Source of the DNA: Wigglesworthia glossinidia endosymbiont of Glossina morsitans morsitans (Yale colony)
GTDB taxonomy: Bacteria > Pseudomonadota > Gammaproteobacteria > Enterobacterales > Enterobacteriaceae
Direction: 5' to 3'
Assembly (NCBI RefSeq): GCF_000247565.1
Contig: NC_016893.1
Coordinates: 210,001-242,000, forward strand
DNA length: 32,000 nucleotides
The stretch's first letter is position 1, and the number at the start of each line of letters is the position of its first letter. Positions 30,072-32,000 of the stretch are shown here, piece by piece. Made by a program: the position numbers and the translations under genes. Below the pieces are notes generated by a model that was not told the origin of the DNA, made no database searches, and saw only the letters and a program-made list of their open reading frames with translations.

Positions 30072-31084
30072 GTTATGATTTTTGACGAATCAATCTTTCC
30101 TTGTTTTGATATAAATTGTACTTCTGACTCTAGTAGGATAAAAAATTTATTTTTGACTTTAAGAAAAATATAATGCGCTAAATTTAAAATTTCATATCCA
30201 GTAGCAAATCCGGTATTTATAATAATTGCTGCCTGCTTATGATGCACCGCAGCTCTACCAAGACGAAATCCTTTTAATCCGCAACTATCAATCATCCACC
30301 CCGCTGAAAACTTAAATTTATTATGAATAAAATTAAAACAAGGTGCATGAGGATATTTATTTAATATATCTTTTGTTTTTTGGATAGAAATTACAGGATT
30401 TTTAAAGAAACTACCAGCGTTTCCAAAATGTTTAGGATTAGGAATTTTTTTTTGTCTAAGCCAACAAACAATTTTATATATTTGACGGGGAGTTACTAAT
30501 TGTTTCCTTAGATAAGATAATCCAGAATAATTTAAACAAGCTTTCCATTTTTTTTTTAGCTGTAATCCGATCGCAACTATTGAGTAGTTATAAAAATATT
30601 TGGTATTAAATATACTTGATCTATATCCAAAACTACAATCTTTAACATGTAATCGAATTTTTTTTCCTGTTTCTAACAATAATATATCTACGTACGTACA
30701 TATCTGAGAAAGTTCCATTCCGTATGCTCCAATGTTTTGAATTGGAGCAGCTCCGACATAACCTGGAATTAAAGCTAAATTTTCAAGTCCTGGTATTTTT
30801 CTTTTTAAGCACATAGTAACAATATTATTCCATACTTCTCCTGCGCATACATGTATGTTCCATGAAGATATGTTTTCAATAATTTTAAAACCTCGGATTC
30901 TATTTAATATGATTATACCTTGATAGTATTTTTCTAAAAATAACACATTGCTCCCGGATCCAAGAAACAAAATAGGGTACTTATGCGCTAATTTTTGCCA
31001 TGTATTTATTAATTCGATTTCAGAAAAAACAGGAATTATTTTTTTTGCAATAACGTTAATAAAAAAAGTATTAAAAATTTTTAT
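30068..31084 (-). CDS. murB: UDP-N-acetylenolpyruvoylglucosamine reductase MurB; start codon uncertain (non-canonical ATA 31084 or ATT 31078; first canonical start is TTG 30970)
   Basis: GSGSNVLFLE, PGLENLALIPGYVGAAPIQNIGAYGMEL, FGYRSSIF, GNAGSFFKNP and AAGWMIDSCGLKG match E. coli MurB. My in-frame translation upstream of the ORF-track start gives IKIFNTFFINVIAKKIIPVFSEIELINTWQKLAHKYPIL-FLGSGSNV, which aligns to E. coli [47 protein letters not shown]. GGAG lies at 31095..31092. Confidence 0.85.
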   Translation of the reverse strand: MKIFNTFFINVIAKKIIPVFSEIELINTWQKLAHKYPILFLGSGSNVLFLEKYYQGIIILNRIRGFKIIENISSWNIHVCAGEVWNNIVTMCLKRKIPGLENLALIPGYVGAAPIQNIGAYGMELSQICTYVDILLLETGKKIRLHVKDCSFGYRSSIFNTKYFYNYSIVAIGLQLKKKWKACLNYSGLSYLRKQLVTPRQIYKIVCWLRQKKIPNPKHFGNAGSFFKNPVISIQKTKDILNKYPHAPCFNFIHNKFKFSAGWMIDSCGLKGFRLGRAAVHHKQAAIIINTGFATGYEILNLAHYIFLKVKNKFFILLESEVQFISKQGKIDSSKIIT

Positions 31085-31428
31085 TTATTTTCTCCAAATT
31101 AAATTTTTAATTTATTTAAATACAATTCATAAGAAATATAAGTTCGCCTTAAATAAATAATAGTTTGCAGGCATATTAGATATTTTTTATGCGAAATCGA
31201 ATTAGTATTTAAATTTTTTTATACTATAAATTTTAATTTACTGCAATTAAATATTAAAAATTTTTCATTATTTTATTTTTAAAAAAATTTTAAATGATCG
31301 TAATTGATAAATTATAAATATTCGTTTGAAATTTTTATGCATTAAAAATTTTATTGAATTAATTTTGCTATTTTTGAAAATTAATGATGTAATTATAGTG
31401 CGTAATTACTTCAACATAAAGTTTATTT

Positions 31429-32000
31429 ATGAAATTATCACTACGTAATGTTCAATGTGCACTTTTAAGTGTTTCAAATAAAACTGGAATTTTATTATTA
31501 GCACAAAATCTTGTTAAATATAACATAAAATTAGTTGCTACAAGCGGCACCGCAAAATATTTATCAAAACATGGTATTTCAGTAATTTCAGTTTCTGAAT
31601 ATATTGATTATCCAGAAATATTGAACGGAAAAATAAAAACACTACATCCTAAAATACATGCAGGTATTTTAAGCAATGATAGCGATCAAATTAATTGCTC
31701 TGATCGTAATTATTTTAAAATAGATATGGTAGTAACTAATTTTTATCCATTTTCTGAAGCAATTGAAAAAAATTATAAGATTACAGACATTTTGGAATAT
31801 ATTGACATTGGAGGGCTCGCTTTAGCAAGATCTGCAGCAAAAAATTATCGATGTGTAACTGTTTTAGTTGATCACAAACAATATCCTATGATAATTGAAG
31901 AGATGCATAGATTTTCTGGATCAACTAGCGTTCAGACTAGATTCTATTTGGCGATTATAGCATTTTCTTACACTTACAACTATGATAAAAAAATTTTTAA
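31429..32000 (+). CDS. purH: Bifunctional AICAR transformylase / IMP cyclohydrolase PurH; 190 N-terminal codons, 3' end runs off the right edge of the window
   Basis: Absent from the ORF track because it is open-ended. Translation from ATG 31429: MKLSLRNVQCALLSVSNKTGILLLAQNLVKYNIKLVATSGTAKYLSKHGISVISVSEYIDYPEILNGKIKTLHPKIHAGIL... against E. coli ...[73 protein letters not shown]. Confidence 0.9.
   Translation, partial: MKLSLRNVQCALLSVSNKTGILLLAQNLVKYNIKLVATSGTAKYLSKHGISVISVSEYIDYPEILNGKIKTLHPKIHAGILSNDSDQINCSDRNYFKIDMVVTNFYPFSEAIEKNYKITDILEYIDIGGLALARSAAKNYRCVTVLVDHKQYPMIIEEMHRFSGSTSVQTRFYLAIIAFSYTYNYDKKIF

Noticed and set aside
30948-31160. 70-aa plus-strand ORF
   Set aside because: It is antisense to the murB N-terminal region, which shows real homology on the minus strand, and its translation is low-complexity.
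31166-31176. TTTGCAGGCAT resembling the 3' end of 5S rRNA (..CTGCCAGGCAT) in the murB-purH spacer
   Set aside because: The match is only about 8 nt, has no further 5S similarity on either side, and its orientation does not fit the rrnB-murB arrangement. I treat it as chance.
31141-31428. PurR operator upstream of purH
   Set aside because: No 16-bp palindrome of the ACGCAAACGTTTGCGT type is present. The closest string (GCGAAATCGAAT) is not palindromic.

Overview
This is a very AT-rich, tightly packed, housekeeping-only chromosome segment. By eye it is well over 70% A+T, and the intergenic DNA is almost pure A/T. It looks like a genome-reduced gammaproteobacterial insect-type endosymbiont derived from Enterobacterales (Wigglesworthia/Buchnera/Blochmannia-like), but I cannot name the organism without a database search. 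Every long ORF aligns with an E. coli orthologue as I recall those sequences. Gene order is a patchwork of E. coli synteny blocks: cpxR | dcd | metG | rluD<>bamD | ftsB-ispD-ispF | yccA<>tRNA-Ser | hemH-adk-htpG-ybaB-dnaX<>hha, ffs | rpoC-rpoB-rplL-rplJ-rplA-rplK-nusG-secE-tuf-tRNA(Thr,Gly,Tyr,Thr)<>coaA | birA-murB<>purH. I call 30 protein genes (two of them run off the window edges and are absent from the ORF track), five tRNAs, one 4.5S/SRP RNA, one well-supported attenuator hairpin, one speculative terminator hairpin and one low-confidence promoter. I found no mobile element, CRISPR array, prophage, defence or toxin island, or unexplained multi-gene cluster, so I do not think this window holds a novel system. 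What deserves a second look is the fine structure of reductive evolution. birA is cut by an in-frame TAA at the C-terminal domain boundary. murB N-terminal homology has no canonical start codon but has a GGAG placed for an ATA/ATT start. The 4.5S RNA gene sits about 20 nt behind rpoC. DnaX, MetRS and BirA are domain-truncated. hha is present without tomB. cpxR is retained. None of the five tRNA genes encodes CCA. Many in-frame A10-A11 tracts occur in coding sequence.
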